From: a virus
Length of the DNA stretch: 64,000 bases
Reading direction: 5' to 3' (one strand)
IMG/VR virus record: IMGVR_UViG_3300037044_000228
Coordinates: 35,650-99,649 of that record
The notes under the pieces are model-generated. The model did not search any database. It saw only the letters and a program-made list of their open reading frames with translations, and was not told the DNA's origin. Each line of letters begins with the position of its first letter. Positions within the stretch are counted from its first letter, which is position 1. Positions 27,293 through 36,407 of the stretch are shown piece by piece. Both the position numbers and the translations under genes were made by a program.

Positions 27293-27697
27293 ATGGCTGG
27301 ACAGCGCCAAGTGAAAGTCCGCACGCCCGAGGCGGCGGGCGATGATGATGAAAGCGCGGTGCGCACTCTCTCACCGAAGGCGCAGGCGATCGCGCTCGAT
27401 CCCGATGAAGACGGCAAGGTCGTTTGGATCAAGAAGCCCGGCCCGCTCGCGCAATTCCGTCTCACCGAGGCGCTGGGCCAGGCGGCGCAGAACCTGACCT
27501 ATCTGCAGATGTGCGCGCCGCTGCTCTACGTCACGAAGGTCGACGACGTCGACGTCTATCCGCCCGCCAACAAGCGCGAAGTGGAAGCGATCGTGGAGCT
27601 TCTCGGCGAGTCCGGTCTCGATGCGCTCATGAAAGGGGTGCAGAAACACTTCCAGTCCAAGACGGAGGATGAAGCCCGCGAGGCCATCCGAAAATAG
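27293..27697 (+). CDS. tail assembly chaperone (G-like)
   Basis: Position after the tube gene; ends ATC CGA AAA TAG. Confidence 0.75.
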   Translation: MAGQRQVKVRTPEAAGDDDESAVRTLSPKAQAIALDPDEDGKVVWIKKPGPLAQFRLTEALGQAAQNLTYLQMCAPLLYVTKVDDVDVYPPANKREVEAIVELLGESGLDALMKGVQKHFQSKTEDEAREAIRK

Positions 27698-27876
27698 CAA
27701 CGGAGCCGTCGATCCAGGAGTCGCTCTGGCTGGTGAAGAACGGCGTGCCATTCGGCACTGCGTTCTCGCTGGATTCCGAAACCCGGATCGCCTTCGCCAT
27801 CGTGTTCGGCGGCTTCGAAGGCAACGAGTGGGATTGGGACGACATGGCGTTCCGCGAGCGCCGCGAGGGAGGGTGA
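27688..27876 (+). CDS. tail assembly chaperone -1 frameshift extension (GT-like)
   Basis: The -1 frame is open and reads IATEPSIQESLWLVKNGVPF...EGNEWDWDDMAFRERREGG*. Confidence 0.7.
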   Translation, partial: PKIATEPSIQESLWLVKNGVPFGTAFSLDSETRIAFAIVFGGFEGNEWDWDDMAFRERREGG

Positions 27877-27878
27877 GC

Positions 27879-28415
27879 ATGCAAGGCCTGCTGCAACTTA
27901 ATTCCTTCGCGGCGCTCGCCGCGTCTCTCGCAGCGGAAGCGACCGGCTTCTACAAGCGCGAGCAGCAGTTTCTCGAGGTCGCGGCGATCGAGATCCAGCG
28001 GACGGCGAAGTCCATGTACGGGATCTATCAGCCGTCTGTGGACGTGTTCGGCGCATGGCCCGAGCTCGCGGCGTCTACAAAGGCCGATCGGCGCAGCAAG
28101 GGCTATACCGAGAACGATCCGCTGCTGCGGTCGGGGGGTCTGCGCGATTCCATCAAATACGAGATCCACGGTCTGAGCGCGGTGATCGGGTCCGAAGACA
28201 AGGTCGCGTTCTGGCAGGAGTTCGGTACGTCCGGCATGCCGCCGCGGCCGACGCTCGGCCCCGCGCTTGCGCGATCCATGCCGCGCGTGTCCGAACTGCT
28301 CGGCGACGTGCTGATCCGGGGTGGGCAGGCGATCAATTTCAACATGCTCGCGCCAGGCGCATCGATGCCGATGTCGCCGACCGGCTATGAGCGTCAGTCG
28401 GTGCTCACACCTTAG
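27879..28415 (+). CDS. virion morphogenesis / tail completion protein
   Basis: WPELAASTK...PLLRSGGLRDSI...QEFGTSGMPPRP; GGAGG RBS. Confidence 0.75.
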   Translation: MQGLLQLNSFAALAASLAAEATGFYKREQQFLEVAAIEIQRTAKSMYGIYQPSVDVFGAWPELAASTKADRRSKGYTENDPLLRSGGLRDSIKYEIHGLSAVIGSEDKVAFWQEFGTSGMPPRPTLGPALARSMPRVSELLGDVLIRGGQAINFNMLAPGASMPMSPTGYERQSVLTP

Positions 28416-28521
28416 CGCGCGCGAACGCCTGTGCCGGGCGTGCGTTCGCGGCTTGTTCACCTTGCGCCAGTGCTGCGTTCCCGTGGAAATCAACACGAAC
28501 GCGCACAACGGGTGGAACCAG

Positions 28522-29043
28522 ATGAAATCGCTTGCGGCAATCGCCCTGATCCTCGCGCTGGCTGCGTGCTCGCCGCCGACCGAAGCGGAGATTGCGGAGG
28601 CGGGACGGCGGATCGAAGCGCAGGAGTATGTGGACGCGACGCGCGATGCGGAGCGGCGTCTCGACCGGGCCAAGAAACTCGACCTCGACAAGTCCATCTT
28701 CGTTGTGCCGGGCGCGCCGTTGTGCCCTGACAAACGCGAGATCGAAGCGGTGATCGGCGGCGCGCCGAACCGCTGCCTTGAAGCGCCGGCGTCCGTGGAA
28801 GCGCACTTCATGGGCAGTGGAATCGTCGCCATGACCATCATGGCCTATCAGGTCCGTATTCCGTTCAAGGATGGCACGGGCTTCGGCGAGTTCTGGATCC
28901 CCGAGGGCGGCGTCGTCAACGACGTTGCGGAGCTCGCGCTTGCAGCGACAGCCCTGAGCGCGGCCCGCATGGCCGAGCGTGCCGCATTGGCGCCCACGCC
29001 CGCGCCGTCCGCAGCGATCGAGGCGACGGCGCCGACCCCGTAG
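28522..29043 (+). CDS. lipoprotein (moron-like)
   Basis: MKSLAAIALILALAAC signal peptide with lipobox. Confidence 0.7.
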   Translation: MKSLAAIALILALAACSPPTEAEIAEAGRRIEAQEYVDATRDAERRLDRAKKLDLDKSIFVVPGAPLCPDKREIEAVIGGAPNRCLEAPASVEAHFMGSGIVAMTIMAYQVRIPFKDGTGFGEFWIPEGGVVNDVAELALAATALSAARMAERAALAPTPAPSAAIEATAPTP

Positions 29044-29099
29044 GGGCCAATCCCAGCACCGGCCAAACCGCTGACAATGCGGCGGGTCGGAGCATCGCC

Positions 29100-31226
29100 G
29101 TGATTTCGAACTACGCCGTAGCGATACGGCTCTCTCTCGAGAACCAGGTCGCCGGGGGGCTCATGGCCCTTTCGAGCCAGTTCGTGCATTTGCACGGGCA
29201 GGCTGGCGCGCTGCAGACCCAACTTCTGCGCATCGGCGCCACGGCGCTTTCGGGCGGCATCCTGCTCGGCGTGGGCGCGGCGATGGCGAAGATGTTCGAT
29301 CGCCCGATCCAGCGCGCGATGGAACTGCAGGGCGAGATCTCCAAACTGTCCACGTTGCCGCTGGGCCCCGGCATCCTGAAACTGCTCGAGGATGGCGCGC
29401 GCGCGGAAACGCGGCGCACGCCGACCTCGACCACTGTCGGCAATATCGGCTATCTGCGGGAAATGATCGGCGCGTTCGGCCCGGTCGAAGGCAATGAAGA
29501 GCAGGCCGCGCGCGAGGCGCTCGCGGTGCTGCCCTATGTGAACCAGATCGACGCGCTCATGCGCATCGCCGGCAAGCCGCAGCAGTTCATCGGTCGCGAT
29601 CTGGTGAAGCTGGTCGATCTGTCCATCCGCAACGGACAGGTGATGACGCCAGAACTCATGGCGCATCATTCGAACCTGATTTCAAAGGCGATCGTGGCGC
29701 AGGGCGGCGCGATCAACGTCAACAATCTGCTGCAGGCCGCGCAGGCGTCTGGCTCCAGCTACGCGAAGTGGACCGACGACTTCAAGTATTCGATCTTCCC
29801 GACGATGGTCGCGGAAACGGCAGGAAGCCCGTCGCAGATCGGTACATGGCTCAACTATCTCGACCGCGCCGGCGGCGGTCGCCGACTGATGAGCAAGCAC
29901 AACCTGAAATACTGGCTGGCGTCGGGCCTGATCGACGAACGCTTCATCGACGTCAACAACTTCACCGGCGGCGTGTTTACCGACCCGCGCGCGCTGGTCG
30001 ACCAACAACTCTTCCGGCGCGACAAGCTCGAATGGGTGCGCAAGCACATGCCGGCGATCCAGTCCGGCGCAGCGTCGATCGGTCTGGAATCGAGCGACTA
30101 TCTGTCGATCCTGTTCGGCAATTCGGTGCAGGCCGACAAGGCGATGAGCCAGATCTGGAACTCGTTCCTTACGCTGGATCGGGAAGGGAAGTTCACGCGC
30201 GCGAACGCGGGCCTCGGCAACTATCAGAAGATGCTCGAGACCAATCCGACCATGTTCAAACTCGTGATAGCGGCGCAGCAGACCGAGATCTCCGGCAATG
30301 TCGGCAAGATTTTCATGCCGATCTACATGGCGATCATGCAGCATCTGATGCCCAATCTGCAGGGCCTGTCGCAATGGGTGCAGGAGAACCCGGCCAAGGT
30401 CAAAACGCTCACCGTCGCCTTCCTGGGACTTGCGGCGTCCATGATGATCGCGGGCACGGTGATGTTGCTCAACGCGGCGTTCAAGGCGCTGGCGATCACG
30501 CTCGGACTTGTTCGCATCGCCAACGGGCAGGCGGTGCTTGGACCGATCCTTACCTTCCTGTTCGCGCTGCGTGGCGGCGCGGCTGGCGCGGCGGCGATTT
30601 CTCGCCTCGGCCCGTGGCTGCAGGTGCTCGCGCGCGGCCTGCGCCTGCTGATCTCGCCCATCACGTTCCTGCTGCGGCCGCTTGCGATGTTCGTGGCGTC
30701 GGTGGCGGCGTGCAATCCGGTCGCGGTGGCGATCGCGGCGGCGCTCGTGGCGGTCGGCGCGGCATGCCTGTGGGCCTACAACAATCTCGGCTGGTTCCGG
30801 GCGGGCGTGGATGCGGTCGTCGTGCTCACGCAGCGTCTCTTCAAGGCGATCAAGGACGGCGTCATGGGCCTGTTTAATTGGGTGAAGGGCATCCTTCCGC
30901 CCGGCATGGTGAAGTCCATGGGCGGCTTCTTTGCGGGCATAACGGCAGCGGACCCCAATGCGGTGCGCGAGTCCCGCGAGATGCGCGCCCGGTGGGGCCT
31001 TCTGTCTGCAGCTGAAATCGCCGAAGACCGGCGCGCGGCGGTGCCCGGTGCGCGCAATGGTCAGCCGATCGTCGTGCAGTCGACGCTCAAACTTGACGGC
31101 GTGACGGTGGCGCGCGCGGTGAGCCATCCGCTTGCGATGGGCATTGGCGGCGTCTCCGGCGGCGGCACCGGATGGGACCCGGCGCAAACCGCGCCGTCGC
31201 CCGGCGGCAGCTACACGGCGCACTAG
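29100..31226 (+). CDS. tail tape measure protein
   Basis: 708 aa, helical with hydrophobic segments, between chaperones and baseplate genes. Confidence 0.8.
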   Translation: MISNYAVAIRLSLENQVAGGLMALSSQFVHLHGQAGALQTQLLRIGATALSGGILLGVGAAMAKMFDRPIQRAMELQGEISKLSTLPLGPGILKLLEDGARAETRRTPTSTTVGNIGYLREMIGAFGPVEGNEEQAAREALAVLPYVNQIDALMRIAGKPQQFIGRDLVKLVDLSIRNGQVMTPELMAHHSNLISKAIVAQGGAINVNNLLQAAQASGSSYAKWTDDFKYSIFPTMVAETAGSPSQIGTWLNYLDRAGGGRRLMSKHNLKYWLASGLIDERFIDVNNFTGGVFTDPRALVDQQLFRRDKLEWVRKHMPAIQSGAASIGLESSDYLSILFGNSVQADKAMSQIWNSFLTLDREGKFTRANAGLGNYQKMLETNPTMFKLVIAAQQTEISGNVGKIFMPIYMAIMQHLMPNLQGLSQWVQENPAKVKTLTVAFLGLAASMMIAGTVMLLNAAFKALAITLGLVRIANGQAVLGPILTFLFALRGGAAGAAAISRLGPWLQVLARGLRLLISPITFLLRPLAMFVASVAACNPVAVAIAAALVAVGAACLWAYNNLGWFRAGVDAVVVLTQRLFKAIKDGVMGLFNWVKGILPPGMVKSMGGFFAGITAADPNAVRESREMRARWGLLSAAEIAEDRRAAVPGARNGQPIVVQSTLKLDGVTVARAVSHPLAMGIGGVSGGGTGWDPAQTAPSPGGSYTAH

Positions 31227-31280
31227 GCGGCGTGATGGCGCGCGCGAGCGAGCGCAGGCGTCCCAAAAAAACCGGCGCGT

Positions 31281-31304
31281 TGTCCCAATCTGTGTCCCAA
31301 TCTG
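31281..31304. repeat. 12-bp tandem direct repeat TGTCCCAATCTG x2
   Basis: Seen directly in the intergenic gap. Confidence 0.7.
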
Positions 31305-31328
31305 TCGCATATCGCGTGAGAACCCGAA

Positions 31329-32282
31329 ATGAGCGCGAGCCTTAAACCCGACACGGTCGTGCGGCTCGGCGAACTCGTGTTCGAGTCGACGGAAGTGCCG
31401 ATGAAGATGCCCTTCGGCGGTGAGCAGAAACTCGCGGCCCAGGAGCTCATCGGCGGCGAGCGGATCGTCGACGCCATGGGCCATGTCGAAGACGACATCA
31501 CATGGAGCGGGCGGTTTCGCGGCGCCAATGCGCGCGCGCGATCCCGGCTCCTTGACGAGATGCGGATTGCGGGCGGCGAGCACACGCTTACCTGGGACGA
31601 GTTTTCCTACCGCGTCGCGATCAAGAAGGTGTCGTGCGAATACGAGCGCTTCTACGAGATCCCGTACACGATCACCGTTCTGGTGGTGAAGAACAACTCT
31701 GCGACCGCGGCGCAGATGAACGCGAGCCTCGACGCGCAGATGCAGGCCGACGCGGAATCTGCAGTGACGCAGGCCAAGCGTTCGGGTGTACAGCGCGTCA
31801 TCGATGCGGCGCAGACCGCGCGCGACAAGATCTCGGGCGTGACCAACTTCATAAAGTCATCGCTTGCGCAGGTGACGGCGGTGAAGAACGCCGTTTCGTC
31901 CGTCATCATCGAAGTGCAGGGGGCCATCACTGAGGCGGAATCGGTGTGGGGAACCGTGATGAGCATTGACGACCGCTTCGGCGAGGTTGCCGACGTCGTC
32001 ATGTCCACGGCGAGCCTGCAGGATGTTCGCGCGACCGCGCGCCGGATGGCGCAGAACCTGAGCGCTTTCGGGCAGGCCGGCGCCGTGCGCACCGTCGCCG
32101 GCGGCGATCTCTATCGCATCGCAGCGGAAACCTATGGCGATCCGGCGGAATGGGTCACGATCGCGGCCGCCAACCCGATACTCGGCGATGATCCGACCAT
32201 TACGGGGTTGCGTGAAATCCTCGTGCCCGCGCTCCCGCTTGAGAGCGGCGGCGTTTCCGCAGGCATGGAAGAGGCTGCGTGA
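31329..32282 (+). CDS. tail tube initiator/baseplate protein with C-terminal LysM-like domain
   Basis: FGGEQKLA...ITWSGRFRG; GDLYRIAAETYGDPAEWVTIAAANP. Confidence 0.75.
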   Translation: MSASLKPDTVVRLGELVFESTEVPMKMPFGGEQKLAAQELIGGERIVDAMGHVEDDITWSGRFRGANARARSRLLDEMRIAGGEHTLTWDEFSYRVAIKKVSCEYERFYEIPYTITVLVVKNNSATAAQMNASLDAQMQADAESAVTQAKRSGVQRVIDAAQTARDKISGVTNFIKSSLAQVTAVKNAVSSVIIEVQGAITEAESVWGTVMSIDDRFGEVADVVMSTASLQDVRATARRMAQNLSAFGQAGAVRTVAGGDLYRIAAETYGDPAEWVTIAAANPILGDDPTITGLREILVPALPLESGGVSAGMEEAA

Positions 32283-33394
32283 TGGCGCGCAACGTCGCGC
32301 TCAAGGCGCAGGTCCGGACGCCACGGGCGATGGTGCTCCTGAACGGCGTGCAGATTCCGTTCTCGGGCTTCGAGGTCGAGAACCACATTTTCAGCCACTC
32401 CGATCGCGCAACGGTGCGCGCGCCGGCGTCGTCTTTGCCTGCCGCCATGAACATGGCGAAGCTGGTGGCGGCGGAAACGATCACACTCGAGATCCTCGCG
32501 GGCTTTGTCAAAGACGGGGCGCGGTTCACGCGCGACGAACTCCAGACGATCTTCCAGGGCGACGTCGACGTGAACCGCTGGGTGGCGGGCGATGCGCGCG
32601 TCGAGTTCGAGGCGCGATGCTTTTCCGCAGCTCTTGTCGACGCCAAGACGTCCGAGCAGTACCGGAACCTGACCGCGAGTGCGGTCGTGACCAAGATCGC
32701 CGGCGAGCATGGCTTGACGCCCGTGGTGACGGCGACGACGCGCACGATCGGGCGTTACTATCGCAGCGATACCGCGGCGCGCACGCATTCTGAGCGTACA
32801 AAGTGGGACCTGCTCGTCTGGCTGGCGCGTGAAGAGGGCTTCGTCGTCTATGTGAAGGGCAAGGAGCTCCACTTCGAGCCGCGCCCTGAGCCGACGCAGG
32901 ACCCATACCTCATCGAATGGGCCGGGCCGGGCGGGGCGGATCCGAACGCCTTCGGTCACAAGGCGTCGGCGAGCCAGATCGAAGTCTCGCGCAACCTGAC
33001 CCAATCGGAGAGCGTGAAGGTCATCGTGCGGTCATGGAATCCTCGCGACAAGCGCAGCTACGAGGCGTCGAAGACCAAGACCAAGGGCACCAAGAAGCCC
33101 GTCGACCACGTTTACAACATTCCCGGCCTGACGGCGCAGCAGACCACCGATCGGGCGGCGCAGATCCTTAATGAGATCACGCGGCACCAACTCAAGATCG
33201 TCGTCGAAAGCCCCGCCGACGACGTGCTCAAGATCACCGACATCCTGAAACTCGAGGGATCGCCCTACGACGGGACGTTCTACATCGACTCCATTTCGCG
33301 CCGACTGAACCGGGAAGACGGCTATGTCTGGACCATCGAAGGCAAGACCACTGGTCTGGGCGATGATGATGGCGTCACCGACCAGACCGGCTGA
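32279..33394 (+). CDS. baseplate hub / late control D-like protein
   Basis: KIAGEHGL...WDLLVWLAREEGFVVYVKGKELHF. Confidence 0.8.
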   Translation: MMARNVALKAQVRTPRAMVLLNGVQIPFSGFEVENHIFSHSDRATVRAPASSLPAAMNMAKLVAAETITLEILAGFVKDGARFTRDELQTIFQGDVDVNRWVAGDARVEFEARCFSAALVDAKTSEQYRNLTASAVVTKIAGEHGLTPVVTATTRTIGRYYRSDTAARTHSERTKWDLLVWLAREEGFVVYVKGKELHFEPRPEPTQDPYLIEWAGPGGADPNAFGHKASASQIEVSRNLTQSESVKVIVRSWNPRDKRSYEASKTKTKGTKKPVDHVYNIPGLTAQQTTDRAAQILNEITRHQLKIVVESPADDVLKITDILKLEGSPYDGTFYIDSISRRLNREDGYVWTIEGKTTGLGDDDGVTDQTG

Positions 33395-33429
33395 CGCCCG
33401 CGGCGCGCTAGATCCAGCGAGAAAATGTC

Positions 33430-34125
33430 ATGTCCTTCGACCGCCTGGCGAACGCGATGCGTGCGCAGTCGCAACGCTCGCTGCAATCGGTGCGCGCTTT
33501 GCGCGGCGGCATCGTCACGTCTTACGATCCAGAGAGCTATTCGGCGCGCGTGTCGCTGCAGCCCGACAACGTTGAAACGGGTTGGTTGCCCGTATGGTCG
33601 CCGTGGGCGAACGAGGCATGGGGGCTTGTGTGCCCGCCGTCGCCGGGCGCTCAGGTGGCGGTCATCTTTTTCGAGGGCGACCCCGATGCGGGCGCGGTGT
33701 TCGGCGGGCTCTACTCGAACGCTGATCCTGCGCCGAAGATGCCCGCTGATGAAGACGGCGAGCCGCGCGATGGCGAGGCGGGCGAGTTCTTTCTCGTCCA
33801 CAAGTCCGGCAGCTGCCTTGCGTTCCGCAATGACGGCACGGTGCTCGTGCGCGCCGACACGACCATGCAGATCGACGCGCCGCAGGGGCTCAAGATCAAC
33901 GCCAATGGCGGCGTCCAGATCAATGCCGTGGATGGCGGCGTCGAGATCTCCGGCGACATCACGCACTACGGGAACCAGGAGACGACGGGCGATCACATCG
34001 ACTCCACCGCCAACGGAAACAGCACGAACCTCCGCACCTTCCGCCAGAAATACAATGAACACCTGCACATCGGCGTCATGCCGGGTGGGGGCGTTTCCGG
34101 CATTTCCAACAAGCCGACTGTGTAG
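33430..34125 (+). CDS. baseplate spike (gpV-like)
   Basis: GIVTSYDP..ARV...TGWLP...PSPGAQV; C-terminal YNEHLH. Confidence 0.85.
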   Translation: MSFDRLANAMRAQSQRSLQSVRALRGGIVTSYDPESYSARVSLQPDNVETGWLPVWSPWANEAWGLVCPPSPGAQVAVIFFEGDPDAGAVFGGLYSNADPAPKMPADEDGEPRDGEAGEFFLVHKSGSCLAFRNDGTVLVRADTTMQIDAPQGLKINANGGVQINAVDGGVEISGDITHYGNQETTGDHIDSTANGNSTNLRTFRQKYNEHLHIGVMPGGGVSGISNKPTV

Positions 34126-34133
34126 GGCGAGCG

Positions 34134-34523
34134 ATGTCCAATCTTTCCGATCTCGTCGACGTCGGCCACTGGTACGGCGGCGATCTCATCATCGGTGCGA
34201 CCGGCGATCTTGCGAGCGTCACACGCGTCACGCGCAGCCAGCAACGGGTCTTGCGGCGGCTGCTGACTGCGCCAGGCGACTATCTCGCGCACCCTGATTA
34301 TGGCGCGGGCCTTCCGTCGCAGGTCGGTGAAAACCTCGATGAGCGGCGCGTGACCGGGATCATCCGCAATCAGATGCGGCGCGAGGAAAGCGTCGTGCGC
34401 ACGCCCGAGCCCACCGTCGCGCTGCTTCCAATCCTCAACGGCGTCCGAACGGACATCAATTATGTGGTCGCGCCCGGCGCGATTCCGGCAGTGGTGAGCT
34501 TCGACGTGAGCAACCCGACTTGA
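34134..34523 (+). CDS. baseplate wedge (gpW/gp25-like)
   Basis: QQRVLRRLLTAPGDYLAHPDYGAGL. Confidence 0.8.
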   Translation: MSNLSDLVDVGHWYGGDLIIGATGDLASVTRVTRSQQRVLRRLLTAPGDYLAHPDYGAGLPSQVGENLDERRVTGIIRNQMRREESVVRTPEPTVALLPILNGVRTDINYVVAPGAIPAVVSFDVSNPT

Positions 34524-34575
34524 GCGGCGTGACGATGAGTACACGCACCGCCGGCGAGAGAGCGTAGGGGCCCCC

Positions 34576-35703
34576 ATGTCGCTGCAGACCAAGACCTTCA
34601 CGCAGTTCGTTTCCGATCAGGTCGCCGCTATCCAGGGCGCCGCGGCCGGTCTGATCGACTTCGCGGAAGGCTCCATTCTTCGCGCCGTCTCCGAGGCGGT
34701 GGCCCTTGTGGCGCTCTGGCTCGAGAGCCTCGTGGTGCAAGTGCTGCGGATGACGCGCGCATCGACGTCGGTGGGCGACGATCTTGACAGCTGGGTCGCC
34801 GATTTCGGGCTCACGCGCGCATCGGCGGCGCTGGCGCAGGGCGTCGTGACGTTCGCGCGGTTCACATCGACGACAGCGGCAACCGTTCCGGTGGGCGCAC
34901 AGGTCCGCACGGCGGATGGCGCGATGGTGTTCGAGGTCATCGCGGATCTGACCAACAACGCCTACGACGCAGGCGCGCTCGTCTATCGCATGGCGATCGG
35001 CGTGGCGAGCGTGGACGTGCGGGTGCGTGCGCTCACCGTCGGTACGTCCGGCAACGTGCAACCCGGCGCCGTCAATACCATCATGTCGTCGATCACCGGC
35101 GTCGATACCGTGACCAATGCGCAGGCGTTCTCAGGTGGCGGGGCGGCTGAGACCGATGCGGCGCTGCGGGCGCGGTTCGTGGCCTATCTCGCGTCGCTAT
35201 CTCAAGCGACCCATGGCGCGATCGCCTACGCGATCAATTCGGTCCAGCCGGGTCTGTCCCACTTCATCATCGACGGCGCCGACGTCGACGGCACGCCGCA
35301 CCCTGCGTTCTTCTATGTGGTGGTCGACGATGGCAGCGGCGCGCCGTCGGCGGGGCTCATTGAAGACATTGCGGCGGCGATCGAGGAACGCCGTGCGGTA
35401 GGGGTCACATACGGCGTTGTCGGGCCGACCGTGCTGTTTGCATCGGTGGTGCTCACCGTGACGGTCAACCTTGGCTATGACGCGGCTGCGGTGCGTGCGG
35501 CGGCGGTGACGGCGATCGAGGATTTCATCACGTCGCTGGGTGTCGGCAAGACGCTTCACATTTCGCGCCTTGTGCAGCTGGCGTACGACGCCACGCCCGG
35601 CGCGGTTTCCAACGTGACCAATGTCTCCATCAACAGCGGCGGCGTCGATCTTGTGCCGACGCCGGTGCAGGTGGTGCGCACGTCGCTTGTGACGGTGAAC
35701 TGA
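34576..35703 (+). CDS. baseplate J-like protein
   Basis: GSILRA...GNV...GGAAETDAALRARF. Confidence 0.9.
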   Translation: MSLQTKTFTQFVSDQVAAIQGAAAGLIDFAEGSILRAVSEAVALVALWLESLVVQVLRMTRASTSVGDDLDSWVADFGLTRASAALAQGVVTFARFTSTTAATVPVGAQVRTADGAMVFEVIADLTNNAYDAGALVYRMAIGVASVDVRVRALTVGTSGNVQPGAVNTIMSSITGVDTVTNAQAFSGGGAAETDAALRARFVAYLASLSQATHGAIAYAINSVQPGLSHFIIDGADVDGTPHPAFFYVVVDDGSGAPSAGLIEDIAAAIEERRAVGVTYGVVGPTVLFASVVLTVTVNLGYDAAAVRAAAVTAIEDFITSLGVGKTLHISRLVQLAYDATPGAVSNVTNVSINSGGVDLVPTPVQVVRTSLVTVN

Positions 35704-35704
35704 C

Positions 35705-36394
35705 ATGGCGACCGGCGATCAAGCCGATGTGCACGCGCGGCTCAAACGGCTCATGCCGCGTTGGTTCGGGCAGGATGCGGGTCCGACGCCTGTGCTCGAC
35801 GCGCTGCTGCAGGCGCCGGCGAACGCGTTTGCATGGGTCCACGCGCTCATTGTCTATGCACGGGCGCAGGCGCGCATCACGACGTCCACCGGCGGGTGGC
35901 TTGATCTCAGCGCACGTGATTTCTACGGGCTGACGCTGCGCCGGCGGGCAGGCGAGAGCGACGCGGCGTTCTCGCTGCGAATCCGCACATCGATTTTCAA
36001 GCCAGGCGCAACGCGCCAGGCGCTTATCGAGGCGATCACCGACGCCAACTTGGGCGTACCGCCGTCTCGCGTGTTCGAAGTGGAGCGCCCGCTCGACACC
36101 GGCGGCTATGGCGGCACGCATATCGGCTACGGGCTTGCGGGCGGGTGGGGCTCGATCGAGGCGCGCGGCAACATCTTCGTCGACGTGCCTGTGCAGGCGG
36201 CGCCGCCGCCGTACCTGCCGAGCGGATTCGGGTCGTCCTACGGGGGCTTTGGCGGATCGGGCGGCGCTGGCGCAGGCCAACTGGCGTGGAGCGCCGACGG
36301 CGCGTTCCCGCCGGACCAGATTTTCGCGGACATTTTCGCGGCCATCGAGCGGGTGAAGCCCGCCGGCATGAACGTGTGGGTCCACTTCTACTGA
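35705..36394 (+). CDS. baseplate wedge (gpI-like)
   Basis: RITTSTGGWLD...RRAGESDAAF...VKPAG. Confidence 0.75.
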   Translation: MATGDQADVHARLKRLMPRWFGQDAGPTPVLDALLQAPANAFAWVHALIVYARAQARITTSTGGWLDLSARDFYGLTLRRRAGESDAAFSLRIRTSIFKPGATRQALIEAITDANLGVPPSRVFEVERPLDTGGYGGTHIGYGLAGGWGSIEARGNIFVDVPVQAAPPPYLPSGFGSSYGGFGGSGGAGAGQLAWSADGAFPPDQIFADIFAAIERVKPAGMNVWVHFY

Positions 36395-36407
36395 TTTCGG
36401 AGCGAGC

